Assembly (NCBI GenBank): GCA_041488275.1
Contig: JBGPOY010000002.1
Location: 11,336 to 75,335, forward strand
Source: Candidatus Nanoarchaeia archaeon
GTDB taxonomy: Archaea > Nanobdellota > Nanobdellia > Woesearchaeales > ARS49
Length of the DNA stretch: 64,000 nucleotides
Direction: 5' to 3'
Both the position numbers and the translations under genes were made by a program. Under the pieces are notes generated by a model. That model did not search any database, was not told where the DNA came from, and was given only the letters and a program-made list of their open reading frames with translations. Each line of letters begins with the position of its first letter. Position 1 is the stretch's first letter. Of the stretch, positions 8,002 to 17,200 are shown one piece after another.

Positions 8002-8862
8002 TTATCGGCGCTTACCGGTCTTTTCCGCGATTTCCTTGCGGATTCTGTTCCGCGATGCTACGATGAGCCCTTCGAAAGCGCTCGCGAGCGTGCCAATCTC
8101 GTCCTTGCGGTCGGTGAGCGTCGGTGAGATGTCTCGGTCGACATCTCCTTTCGTGACTGCAACGACCGTTTCCAGAAGGCTGGCGAGCGGCTCCGATAAT
8201 GAACGTGCGATGAAGATGCCCAGCAGGATTGCGCCGAGGATGAGCGCCGCAATGTACAGGTAGCTCTGACGGATGATGCGGGCGGTGATCTGCGTTACGT
8301 CGTTAATCTTGCGGTTGATAGCCTCTGCTGAGTTCTCGAATGCGCGGTCCTTCTGCACGCCTCGCGCGTTGAAATAGTTCGTGAGCCCGTTGGCATAGAT
8401 TGCCTTCTGGTGCCAGTACTCCGTGCTTTCCAGGATGCGGACAGCCTCTGCGGCATTACCCTTGTCGACCTCGTCCAGCGATTGATGCTCCAGAATGACA
8501 AGCGCGATGTTCGACTCGTTGACCGCGGAGAAGAAAGATTTCTCGGTTGCGTCCCCTTTTGCGACGGCTTCCGTGATGGCGGCGTCAAGAGCGGGTTCTG
8601 CGTCCAGATAGCGCTGCCTCCACTGCTTGTCCTTCGTGAATGCGTAGTTCCGAGCCGACTGCGTCAGCACCTCGTCATAGTAGCGGATGACTTCTGCGAG
8701 ACCGAGGAGTCTGGTCGAGTCCTGCGCGGTTTGCACCGTTTCCGGAAGAAGCTGCAGCGAAGCCGAGAACGATTTGAATTCCTGGACTTCAATATAGCTG
8801 ATGACGCCGCTCAAGAGGGCAATCACGACGAATCCTAGGATGAGTTTGTTGCGAAGGTTCAT
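8002..8862 (-). CDS. Membrane protein with extracytoplasmic domain and a C-terminal HAMP domain only
   Basis: Start taken at MNLRNKLILGFVVIALLSGV (the longer track ORF overlaps the Sm gene). TM1, ~170-aa loop, TM2, then HAMP-like LSEPLASLLETVVAVTKGDVDRDI..DEIGTLASAFEGL. No output domain. Confidence 0.7.
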   Translation of the reverse strand: MNLRNKLILGFVVIALLSGVISYIEVQEFKSFSASLQLLPETVQTAQDSTRLLGLAEVIRYYDEVLTQSARNYAFTKDKQWRQRYLDAEPALDAAITEAVAKGDATEKSFFSAVNESNIALVILEHQSLDEVDKGNAAEAVRILESTEYWHQKAIYANGLTNYFNARGVQKDRAFENSAEAINRKINDVTQITARIIRQSYLYIAALILGAILLGIFIARSLSEPLASLLETVVAVTKGDVDRDISPTLTDRKDEIGTLASAFEGLIVASRNRIRKEIAEKTGKRR

Positions 8863-8992
8863 ACGCGCTCTTTTTTGTGAAGCAGTTGGAATGAGGCTAA
8901 TAAACCTTGCGCTTGAGGGGGGGGGAGAACGGAAACATTTAAATAGCACCCTTCTGCGAATTCCTGAATAACCGTTATTACGGGGTGTCTCT

Positions 8993-9223
8993 ATGATGGA
9001 ACAAAGTCGTCCGTTGGACGCGCTCAACAAGGCGCGCAACAAGAAAGTGATGGTCGAGCTGAAGGGTGGCAAGACGTACGTCGGCAACCTGAACGCGTTC
9101 GACATCCACATCAACGTTGTCTTGGACAACGCTGAAGAACATGAAAACGGCGCCGTGAAGCGCAAGCTCGGAACCGTCTTTTTGCGCGGCGATACCATCA
9201 TCCTGATTTCGCCCGCAGCGTAA
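8993..9223 (+). CDS. Sm-like (LSm) archaeal protein
   Basis: Sm1/Sm2 motifs VMVELKGGKTYVGNLNAFDIHINVVL...VFLRGDTII. Precedes L37e, as is typical in archaea. Confidence 0.92.
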   Translation: MMEQSRPLDALNKARNKKVMVELKGGKTYVGNLNAFDIHINVVLDNAEEHENGAVKRKLGTVFLRGDTIILISPAA

Positions 9224-9232
9224 GGAACTTCC

Positions 9233-9397
9233 ATGAAAGGCACATACTCGATGGGCAAGCGCAACAAGCGCGCGAGCCATATCATTTGCAGGCGTTGCGG
9301 CAGACATAGCTATCACACCCGCAACAAGGCCTGTGCGAGCTGCGGCTTCGGCAAGTCCGCGAGGATGCGCCACTACGCCTGGAAGAACGACGCGTAA
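9233..9397 (+). CDS. rpl37e: Ribosomal protein L37e
   Basis: Hand translation [54 protein letters not shown], a C4 zinc ribbon. Below the ORF-track cutoff. Confidence 0.92.
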   Translation: MKGTYSMGKRNKRASHIICRRCGRHSYHTRNKACASCGFGKSARMRHYAWKNDA

Positions 9398-9519
9398 GTC
9401 CTTTTTTGTATCTTCTCCGATATTTAGTTTACGACTTCTATTTCGTAATACTTTCCACTCGTGATTTGTTCGTGAAACACGCAAGACTATTAAGCAAGGC
9501 TTTGTTCAGGAGTCATAAC

Positions 9520-9602
9520 GCAGGGATGCCGGAGTGGCTAACGGGCACGGCTTAGGACCGTGTGGCTCAGCGCCTTCGCAGGTTCGAATCCTGCTCCCTG
9601 CA
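9520..9602 (+). tRNA. tRNA-Leu (anticodon UAG), class II long variable arm
   Basis: Acceptor GCAGGGA/TCCCTGC, anticodon stem CACGG/CCGTG with loop CTTAGGA, T arm GCAGG-TTCGAAT-CCTGC, discriminator A. Confidence 0.9.
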
Positions 9603-9621
9603 TCGTGAGCGAAGCGAACGA

Positions 9622-9676
9622 GTAGGGACAGGCCCTCCGAGGCGAAGACTCGGAGACTGCCTGCTCCCTGCATCGT
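9622..9676 (+). pseudogene. tRNA-Leu-derived minihelix remnant ending in a 17/17 direct repeat of the tRNA 3' end
   Basis: GTAGGGA..TCCCTGC acceptor-like stem, CAGGC/GCCTG stem, CTCCGAG-GCGAAGA-CTCGGAG stem-loop. CCTGCTCCCTGCATCGT at 9660-9676 equals 9590-9606. Confidence 0.45.
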
Positions 9677-10050
9677 AACGGCTTGATGACTAAATATAGG
9701 AGCCCGTCTTAGGAGTTTAGTACTGCGTTCCTGCTTGCTTCCTACTGCGCTTCCATGCTGCCGGGGCAGTTCTCAGGCGGGGCTCCTGCGTGTTTCCCTG
9801 CGCTGTTCAGGGTTTGTTCGCGTTTCCGTCGACAAACGCGTGAGGGAGTGGCGCGTTTTCGCCAATATCCGTTCCATACCATTTCGGAGTAACGACGCAG
9901 TTTTAGACCGCAGGGAGGGCATTAACTTGCGTAATGGCTAAAAACTGCATTTATGCCGAGGGGGGATTGCGAAAAACTTATAAACGGTCATGGGTTTGGC
10001 AGTAGTGCTTAGTTGTCATAGCTTTCACAACAGGCAGAAAGAGAGGAACG

Positions 10051-10068
10051 TATATTTTTGAAAATATA
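10051..10068. promoter_or_regulatory. AT-rich 18-bp palindrome upstream of the S-layer gene
   Basis: TATATTTT-TG-AAAATATA with perfect 8-bp arms, about 110 nt upstream of ATG 10177. TATA-like cataaata follows at ~10088. Confidence 0.3.
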
Positions 10069-10176
10069 TGTTCTCACCACACAAGGCATAAATACGCACT
10101 CGTTGGGAGTCCCCCTTCTGGGTACGCGTCTTTATTCCAATAAAGATATACAGCCCAAAAACACGGAGGTGTTTAG

Positions 10177-12600
10177 ATGAAAGCAATAAATACCAAGAAG
10201 ATTATCGCATTGACCACTGGCCTCGCCATGGTTGGAGCGACTATCTTCGGCGCAGCTGCTCAGGACCTGAGTCAGTATCCGTCCCCCTTGTTCATCAAGG
10301 ATGGCGTTTTCGACGGATCTATCGTGGTCGGCGAGCTCGCTAAGACATCCGACGTTATTGGTTCGATTGAACTCGCAGCCGGCCTTCAGGCCGCCGCAGT
10401 CAAGAAGACCATCTTGAACATCGGTGCAGGAAGTTCGGTTATTGACAAGGGAGTCAAGATCGACAAGTCGGGTAACCACCTCGGTTACAACAAGTACCTG
10501 TTCAATGTGCAGGACTCTGACTTGGACAGCGGCAGTTTGCCTGACTTGATGCCCAGCGGACTCTACGATGACTCCGAAGGAAACACCAAGAACAAGGTTG
10601 ACTACGACCAGCGTCTTTCATTCTCGGCCACGGGCGGACAGGTTGTCTTCACCCAGGACGACGAAGACGCACCGAACGCAGGACCGTACCTGTGGTTTAA
10701 CAGCAACGTCAACATGTACAACTACACGTTGAAGTTCAATGAGGACGTCGACTTCGACAGTACCTCAACGACAACGGCCACGGAAGACTTCCAGTCGACC
10801 AAGGTCAACATGCTCGGTAAGACGTACACCGTCACCGACGCGCACATCTCCAGCGGTGCTATCGACAAGATGACGCTCCTCGCGGGCGACACGACTCGAT
10901 GGATGACGCAGGACGAACCTTTGGACCGTGAAATCGGCGGCGCGAAGCACACCTTCACGCTCGTTGATGTCAACGAAGGAGAAGACAAGTGTGGCGTCAG
11001 CGTTGACGGCACTGTTCAGTGGATCGACAAGGGTCAGACTAAGACCATCAACGGCATCCAGATCGGCGTTACGGACGCGATTACCGTCCACAGCGCAGGT
11101 AAGGACACCGACGTGTGTGAAGTCAACCTCGGCGCGACCGAACTGAAGCTCGAGAACAGCAACGAAGTGAAGTTGAACGGCGTCTCCCTCGCGGGATCGC
11201 AGGTTACCTTCACCGGCGGCGCTGGAACCTTGCGTTCGCTCGGCATTGTCTACCAGCCCGACAACGACGTGTTCCTCGGAGAGGGAGCTCACTACACTGA
11301 GCCCATCTTCGATGCGTTCACGTTCTACTTCGACGGCATGACGAAGGACAAGACCGAAGCAATCAACCTCGACGCGTCAGGCAAGAGCGCAGACCTGCAC
11401 TTCTTGAACTCCGACAACAAGGATGTCAAGATTAGCTGGAAGATGAACAACTCCAACGTCATTGTCCTCGGTACGGACAGCGACAAGGACAAGCGCATCT
11501 ACCTGCAGACTCAGGCGTGCGGTTACAACCAAGCGGTTGAAACGGTCAAGTCGTGCGAAGGAAGCAAGTTCTTGGTCATTACATCAGGCGGCGAAGCCCA
11601 CCTGTTGAAGATCTTGAACTTCGACACCTCGAACGCCAAGATCAAGTTGCACGACGAAACGTACGGCTCGGACAGCGAAGACGACTTTAACACGTCGGTT
11701 CTCGGTTCGGCCCAGACGATCGACCTCGGCAGCGGCGCGGGTTCAGTTACCGTGACGCTCAAGGCCAACCAGTCGAACGTCGGCAACAACACGCAGACGC
11801 TCAACTTCACGAGCATCGCCGGCAACGGCGGCGTTTCGAAGACGAGCCTGAACAACGGAAACAACGGCGCTGGCACGGCCGGCCTCGTGATTCCGTCATA
11901 CGACCAGAACGGAACCGCGTTCAAGTTCACTGAGGAAACTCAGGACAACTACGGCGGCGCCATCTGGAACGCGACGATCTCCGTTGACACTGCGGACACC
12001 GACATCAACGTCGGTACTCCGACGATTTCGCCGGCGGGTTCATTCATCGCCAGCGGCATCGACGCGAACAAGGACGACAACGACCACTCGTACTACGTTA
12101 CGAACTGGTCGACAACGGCCTACTTCGACAACAAGGACAACAACTTCGTCCACATCGAATACCCGGACTCGTACAGGTACGGTCAAGTGTTCGTTGGAGA
12201 AGCCGAAGCAAAGATTACTTCGGCGGGCGGCGCAGTTGAAAGCGTCCAGGTCCAGCAGATCCCGGTCGGAAGCGCAAAGCTCGACAAGGATGTCACGGAC
12301 TGGAGCGCCCAGAACTTGATTGTCGTCGGTGGTCCGTGTGCCAACACAGTCGCGGCTGCTCTCTTGGGCAACCCGGCTGACTGTTCCGCGGGCTTCAAGG
12401 AAGGCGAGGGTATCATCCAGCTGTTCAAGGCCAGCACCGGCAAGGTTTCCTTGCTTGCTGCAGGCTACAGCGCATTGGACACTCGCCGTGTCAGCCGTGT
12501 CCTTGCGAACTACAAGGACTATGCTTCCAGCCTGAAGGGCACGGAAGTGAAGGTCAAGGGCACGTCCTTGAGCGACATCAGCATCGAAGCTGTTGCGTAA
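10177..12600 (+). CDS. S-layer protein (archaeal, Methanococcus-like type)
   Basis: Signal peptide. N-terminal DLSQYPSPLFIKDGVFDGSIVVGELAKTSDVIGSIELAAGL and C-terminal NLIVVGGPCANTVAAALLG motifs. SD GGAGGTG 6 nt upstream. Thr/Asn/Asp-rich. Confidence 0.9.
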   Translation: MKAINTKKIIALTTGLAMVGATIFGAAAQDLSQYPSPLFIKDGVFDGSIVVGELAKTSDVIGSIELAAGLQAAAVKKTILNIGAGSSVIDKGVKIDKSGNHLGYNKYLFNVQDSDLDSGSLPDLMPSGLYDDSEGNTKNKVDYDQRLSFSATGGQVVFTQDDEDAPNAGPYLWFNSNVNMYNYTLKFNEDVDFDSTSTTTATEDFQSTKVNMLGKTYTVTDAHISSGAIDKMTLLAGDTTRWMTQDEPLDREIGGAKHTFTLVDVNEGEDKCGVSVDGTVQWIDKGQTKTINGIQIGVTDAITVHSAGKDTDVCEVNLGATELKLENSNEVKLNGVSLAGSQVTFTGGAGTLRSLGIVYQPDNDVFLGEGAHYTEPIFDAFTFYFDGMTKDKTEAINLDASGKSADLHFLNSDNKDVKISWKMNNSNVIVLGTDSDKDKRIYLQTQACGYNQAVETVKSCEGSKFLVITSGGEAHLLKILNFDTSNAKIKLHDETYGSDSEDDFNTSVLGSAQTIDLGSGAGSVTVTLKANQSNVGNNTQTLNFTSIAGNGGVSKTSLNNGNNGAGTAGLVIPSYDQNGTAFKFTEETQDNYGGAIWNATISVDTADTDINVGTPTISPAGSFIASGIDANKDDNDHSYYVTNWSTTAYFDNKDNNFVHIEYPDSYRYGQVFVGEAEAKITSAGGAVESVQVQQIPVGSAKLDKDVTDWSAQNLIVVGGPCANTVAAALLGNPADCSAGFKEGEGIIQLFKASTGKVSLLAAGYSALDTRRVSRVLANYKDYASSLKGTEVKVKGTSLSDISIEAVA

Positions 12601-12611
12601 ACAACCAACCA

Positions 12612-12636
12612 TTTTATTTTTCTTTTTTTTTATTTT
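12612..12636 (+). terminator. Oligo-T tract after the S-layer gene
   Basis: ttttatttttctttttttttatttt starts 12 nt after the stop codon. Confidence 0.5.
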
Positions 12637-12703
12637 CATCTTCTCGTCTTTTACTCATACCAACGACGACATGAATTCAGTCCATTGAGCTCTCCGGCTT
12701 TCT

Positions 12704-12766
12704 CCCAGGGGAGTTGGAAGTGGTTGCGTAATTCAGAAATGACTACCTACGACAATACTGCCTGGG
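12704..12766 (-). repeat. Palindromic intergenic repeat, copy A
   Basis: Contains ctacgacaatactgcc, the reverse complement of the 16-mer ggcagtattgtcgtag found in copies C and D. Outer arms cccagg/cctggg pair perfectly. Confidence 0.75.
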
Positions 12767-12840
12767 TACGGTAAACGTTTTCACGACGCACTAGACACGC
12801 TTGCGCGAGGTTTTTAACGGGCGTAGAACTCCTCTGACGC

Positions 12841-13653
12841 ATGTTGAGGGAGAGTTTTGTGCTGCTGCCGAAAGTGCGTCAGGCGACCGAGCAGCGCATT
12901 TGGGCGCAGGCGCCGGACTGGAACGCGTTTCTCGACCAAGCGCGCATCAAGGGGTTTTCGCCTTCGAGAAAGCGCGGCTGCGACCAACGCATCATTGAAG
13001 CAAAACGCGCCGTGCTCGCCGAAGACGCAGCCGCACTCGCATCATTATTCCCGCGCCGCGACCATTGGCGTCTCTACCAGGAATTCAAGCACGATGCCGC
13101 GTTCCTCGACATCGAGACGAGCGATTATCCGGGCGGCGTCACGGTTGTCGGCATCTGGAACGGCAACGAAACAAAAACCTTTGTCCAAGGCTTCAATCTC
13201 GACAGAGCAGCATTACAGAAAGAACTTGCCAACTACAAACTGTTAGTCACGTTCAACGGCGCCAGTTTTGACCTTCCTGTCCTGAAACGCTACTTCCAGC
13301 TCCCGTTCAATCAACCGCACGTCGACCTGCGTCACGTCTGCGCCAAGCTCGGTTTCGTCGGCGGGCTGAAATCCATCGAGCGAGAAATGCATGTCAAGCG
13401 TCCGGACAGCATCAAGCACGTGACGGGCGAAGACGCGGCGGAATTATGGCGTTGCTGGCACGCAACAGGAGACAAAGACTTCCTTGATATGCTCATTACG
13501 TACAATGAAGAGGACTGCGTGAACCTGAAAACCATCGCAGACAGACTTATCCCTGAACTTTGGCGAGCGACGCGCGCGAATTCTTTTCCCTACGCAAAAA
13601 ATCACTCTGAAATGAAAACAATCCTAGTTAATGAAAACCCTAGGTTGAGCTGA
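12841..13653 (+). CDS. RNase H-like 3'-5' exonuclease domain protein (YprB / PolB-exo-like)
   Basis: FLDIETS (ExoI-like), TFNGASFDLPVL (ExoII-like) and YNEEDC (ExoIII-like) motifs. Leaderless spacing from TATA-like ggtttttaac. Confidence 0.65.
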   Translation: MLRESFVLLPKVRQATEQRIWAQAPDWNAFLDQARIKGFSPSRKRGCDQRIIEAKRAVLAEDAAALASLFPRRDHWRLYQEFKHDAAFLDIETSDYPGGVTVVGIWNGNETKTFVQGFNLDRAALQKELANYKLLVTFNGASFDLPVLKRYFQLPFNQPHVDLRHVCAKLGFVGGLKSIEREMHVKRPDSIKHVTGEDAAELWRCWHATGDKDFLDMLITYNEEDCVNLKTIADRLIPELWRATRANSFPYAKNHSEMKTILVNENPRLS

Positions 13654-13676
13654 AGCAATCTTTATAAACCAATTTC

Positions 13677-13692
13677 ACTTTGTCGGTTGTGG
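13677..13692. promoter_or_regulatory. Candidate NrdR box 1 (weak)
   Basis: actttgtcggttgtgg matches about 9/16 of the recalled NrdR-box consensus acaCwAtATaTwGtgt. Centre is 33 bp from box 2. Confidence 0.25.
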
Positions 13693-13709
13693 TAGGAAAA
13701 GAGGTGAAA

Positions 13710-13725
13710 ACACAAGCTGTTGTGG
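13710..13725. promoter_or_regulatory. Candidate NrdR box 2
   Basis: acacaagctgttgtgg matches about 12/16 of the recalled consensus, with palindromic arms CACAA/TTGTG. Lies between TATA-like tttataaa (~13661) and the nrdR start. Confidence 0.35.
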
Positions 13726-13805
13726 TTTTCTCATCGACGGCATCGTCGGTGGCTCTTGAGCTCCTGACCCCTATCCCTTGTGGATACAAAGGAAGTTATG
13801 ACGCA

Positions 13806-14279
13806 ATGAAGTGCCCGTTTTGCCTGCATCAGGAAACAAAAGTGGTGGACTCGCGCGAGACCACCGACTTGGACGCAACCCGCAGAAGGCGGGAATGTCT
13901 TGACTGCAACAAGCGCTTCACCACCTATGAGCGCCTGGACACGATTGACCTCGCGGTCGTCAAGAAAGACGGCAGGAGAGAGCCGTTCAGCCGCGCAAAA
14001 CTGCTCCGCGGCTTGCTCAAGGCGTGCGAAAAGCGCCCCATCACGCGAGAAAAAGTGGACGACAGCGTCGCGGCCATTGAAGGATTGCTCAGAAAGTCCG
14101 ACAAGCAGGAGATTTCTTCCAAAAAAGTGGGCGAACTCGTGATGGCGCAATTGAAAACGCTCGACCAAGTCGCGTACGTCCGTTTCGCTTCCGTGTACCG
14201 AAGTTTCCGAGATATTTCCCAATTCGAAAAGGAGATCAAGCTCCTGAAACAAGACAAAACGTCAAAACAAGAAGCCTGA
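13806..14279 (+). CDS. nrdR: Transcriptional repressor NrdR (zinc ribbon + ATP-cone)
   Basis: MKCPFCLHQETKVVDSRETTDLDATRRRRECLDCNKRFTTYE, then an ATP-cone. Start taken at the internal Met of the track ORF. Confidence 0.92.
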   Translation: MKCPFCLHQETKVVDSRETTDLDATRRRRECLDCNKRFTTYERLDTIDLAVVKKDGRREPFSRAKLLRGLLKACEKRPITREKVDDSVAAIEGLLRKSDKQEISSKKVGELVMAQLKTLDQVAYVRFASVYRSFRDISQFEKEIKLLKQDKTSKQEA

Positions 14280-14289
14280 GGTGTAGATA

Positions 14290-17200
14290 ATGGTGCAATT
14301 GGTTACTGAGACAAATATGGGCAAGCCCGGATTGATCGTGCAGCGCAGGTTTACCCTGCCCGGCAAGAGCCCGTACGACATGCTCGATTACGAGAAACGT
14401 ACTTCAGTCATCAAGGAACCCGACGGCAGCATTGTTTTCGAGCTCAAGGATATTGAAGTCCCGAAGTCGTGGACACAATTGGCGACGGACATCGTCGCGT
14501 CGAAGTACTTCCGCAAGGCAGGCGTGCCCGGCACCGGCAACGAAGTCAGCGTGAAGCAAGTCGTTTACCGAATCGCGCACACCATCCGCTCCTTCGGCGA
14601 GGACCAGGGCTATTTCTCGTCGAAAGACGACGCCAACTCGTTCGAGGACGAACTCGCGTACATGCTCCTGACCCAGCGCGGCGCGTTCAACTCCCCTGTA
14701 TGGTTCAATTGCGGGTTGTTCCACCAGTACGGCATTTTGGGAAGCGCGGGCAATTTCGGTTGGAGTTTCCGCAGCAGCCAGATTGAAACGCTGCCGAACG
14801 CGTACGAGCGGCCGCAATGCTCGGCGTGCTTCATCCAATCCGTGCACGACGACATCCGCAGCATCTTCAACCTACTCAACCAGGAAGCCATCGTGTTCAA
14901 GTACGGCTCCGGCACGGGCAGCAACTTCAGCAAACTCCGAGCAGCGGGAGAAAAACTCTCGGGCGGCGGCACGTCCTCGGGAGTGATGAGCTTCCTCAAG
15001 ATTTTCGACACGGGAGCAGGCAGCATCAAGAGCGGCGGAACGACGCGCAGAGCTGCAAAGATGGTCGTGATGGACATCGACCACCCCGACATCCTGACCT
15101 TCATTGAATGGAAAGCCAAGGAAGAACAGAAAGCAAAACTCCTCATCGAGCACGGCGGATTTCCCGCCGACTTCAACGGCGAAGCGTACGCGACGGTTTC
15201 GGGGCAGAACTCGAACAACAGCGTCCGCATTACTGACGAGTTCATGAACGCCTATCTTTCCGGCGGCAAGTGGGCGACGACATGGAGGACGACCGGCAAG
15301 GTTGCGAAAGAATACGACGCCAAGTTCATGATGCGCAAAATCGCGGAAGCCGCGTGGGCGTGCGCAGACCCGGGCGTGCAGTACGACTCGACCGTCAACG
15401 ACTGGCACACTGCATCAAACACGGACAGAATCAACGCAAGCAACCCGTGCAGCGAGTACATGTTCCTCGACGACACGGCGTGCAACCTCGCCAGCATCAA
15501 CCTGATGAAGTTCACGAGCGACGACAACGCCTTCGACATCGAAGGATACCGCCACGCGTGCAGAACGTTCTTTATCGCGCAGGAAATCCTCGTCGACTTG
15601 TCGTCATATCCGACGAAGCCGATTGCGCAGAACAGCCACGACTACCGTACGCTCGGATTGGGCTACGCGAACTTGGGCACGATGCTGATGGTCAGCGGCA
15701 TCCCGTACGACTCGGAAAAGGGGCGAGCCATCGCAGGCGCGCTTACTGCAATCATGACCGGTCACGCGTATAAGACATCGGCTGAAATGTCCGCCGTCAA
15801 GGGACCGTTCCCCGGCTACGCAAAGAACAAGGAACCGTGCTTGCGCGTCATGAACAAGCACCGCGACGCGGCGTACAAGATTGACGTCCGCTTCTGTCCG
15901 TCCGACCTTTTGCGCGCCGCGCGAGAGGACTGGGACGACGCGGTTGCCGTCGGAGAAAAGCACGGCTACCGCAACGCGCAATCAACGGTCATCGCTCCGA
16001 CAGGAACGATTGGCTTGCTGATGGACTGCGACACGACCGGTGTCGAGCCCGAATTCGCGATTGTCAAGTGGAAGAAGCTCGCCGGCGGCGGCTACTTCAA
16101 GATTGTCAACCACAGCATCTTGCGCGCGTTGAACTCGCTTGGTTACAGCGAGGACGCGATGGGTGAAATTCTCGAATACGTGCTCGGGCACAACTCGTTC
16201 GAAGGAGCGCCTCACGTCTCGCCTGAAGCGCTGCGACGACTCGGCTTTACGGCAGAACAAGTCCGCGAAGCAGAAGAAAGCGTGCAGAAAGCCAAGACGT
16301 GGACGGACTGGACGCCGCACATCAACCCCAAGACGCTCATCAACAAGGGCTTGTCCAAGGAGCAGATTAGCGACGCCAAGATTTACATCGAAGGCGCGCA
16401 AACGCTCGAAGGCGCTCCCGGACTGAAGGAAGAGCACACCGCCGTGTTCGACTGCGCCAACGTGTGCGGCATCGGCAAGCGCTTTATCGCGCCGATGGGC
16501 CACATCAAGATGATGGCTGCCGTGCAGCCGTTTATCTCAGGAGCGATTTCGAAGACGGTCAACATGCCCAGCCAGACAACGGTCGAGGAAATCGAGATGA
16601 CGTACGTCGAGGGCTGGAAGCTCGGTCTGAAAGCGATTGCGCTGTACCGCGACGGATGCAAGGCATCTCAGCCGCTCAACACGAAGAGCGACGAAAAGAA
16701 GGCGGAAGCCATCACGGCGCCTATCGTTCAGGAATACAAGGGCTTGAAGCGCGGCGAAAAGCTCGCTTTGTCGACCAAGCGCAAGGGCGTCACGATTGAA
16801 GCCACCGTTTCAGGGCACAAGGTGTTCCTGCGAACGGGAGAGTACGACGACGGTAAGGTCGGAGAAATCTTCATCGACATGCACAAGGAAGGCGCGGCAT
16901 ACCGTTCGCTCGTGAACTGCTTCGCTATTGCCGTGTCAATCGGACTGCAGTACGGCGTTCCGCTGGAAAAGTTCGTGGAAAAATTCACGTTCACGCGGTT
17001 CGAGCCCAACGGCATGACCGACCACCCGAACATCCGCATGTGCACGTCGATTATCGACCTCGTGTTCCGCATCATGGGCTACGAGTACCTGGGCCGCACG
17101 GACTTTTTGCACGTGAAGCCGACCACGATGGACGAAGTCAAGGTCTCCGAAGGACCGGGACCCGTCGCATCGCAGGTCGATGTGCAGGCGCCGCTCACGA

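Noticed and set aside
8863-9285. N-terminal extension of the HAMP-protein ORF (track ORF 8002..9285)
   Set aside because: The extension runs antisense through the well-supported Sm and L37e genes. The internal Met at 8862 gives a proper TM start with an upstream T-rich/TATA region.
9683-9760. C/D-box sRNA suggested by ttgatgac (C-box-like) at ~9685
   Set aside because: There is no CUGA D box or C'/D' pair at appropriate spacing, and no terminal stem.
9677-10176. SRP RNA or RNase P RNA gene in the long non-coding region
   Set aside because: I could not find the conserved RNase P CR-I (GGAAAGUCC-like) or SRP helix-8 motifs. The region is better explained as a promoter or leader. Only an Infernal scan could settle this.
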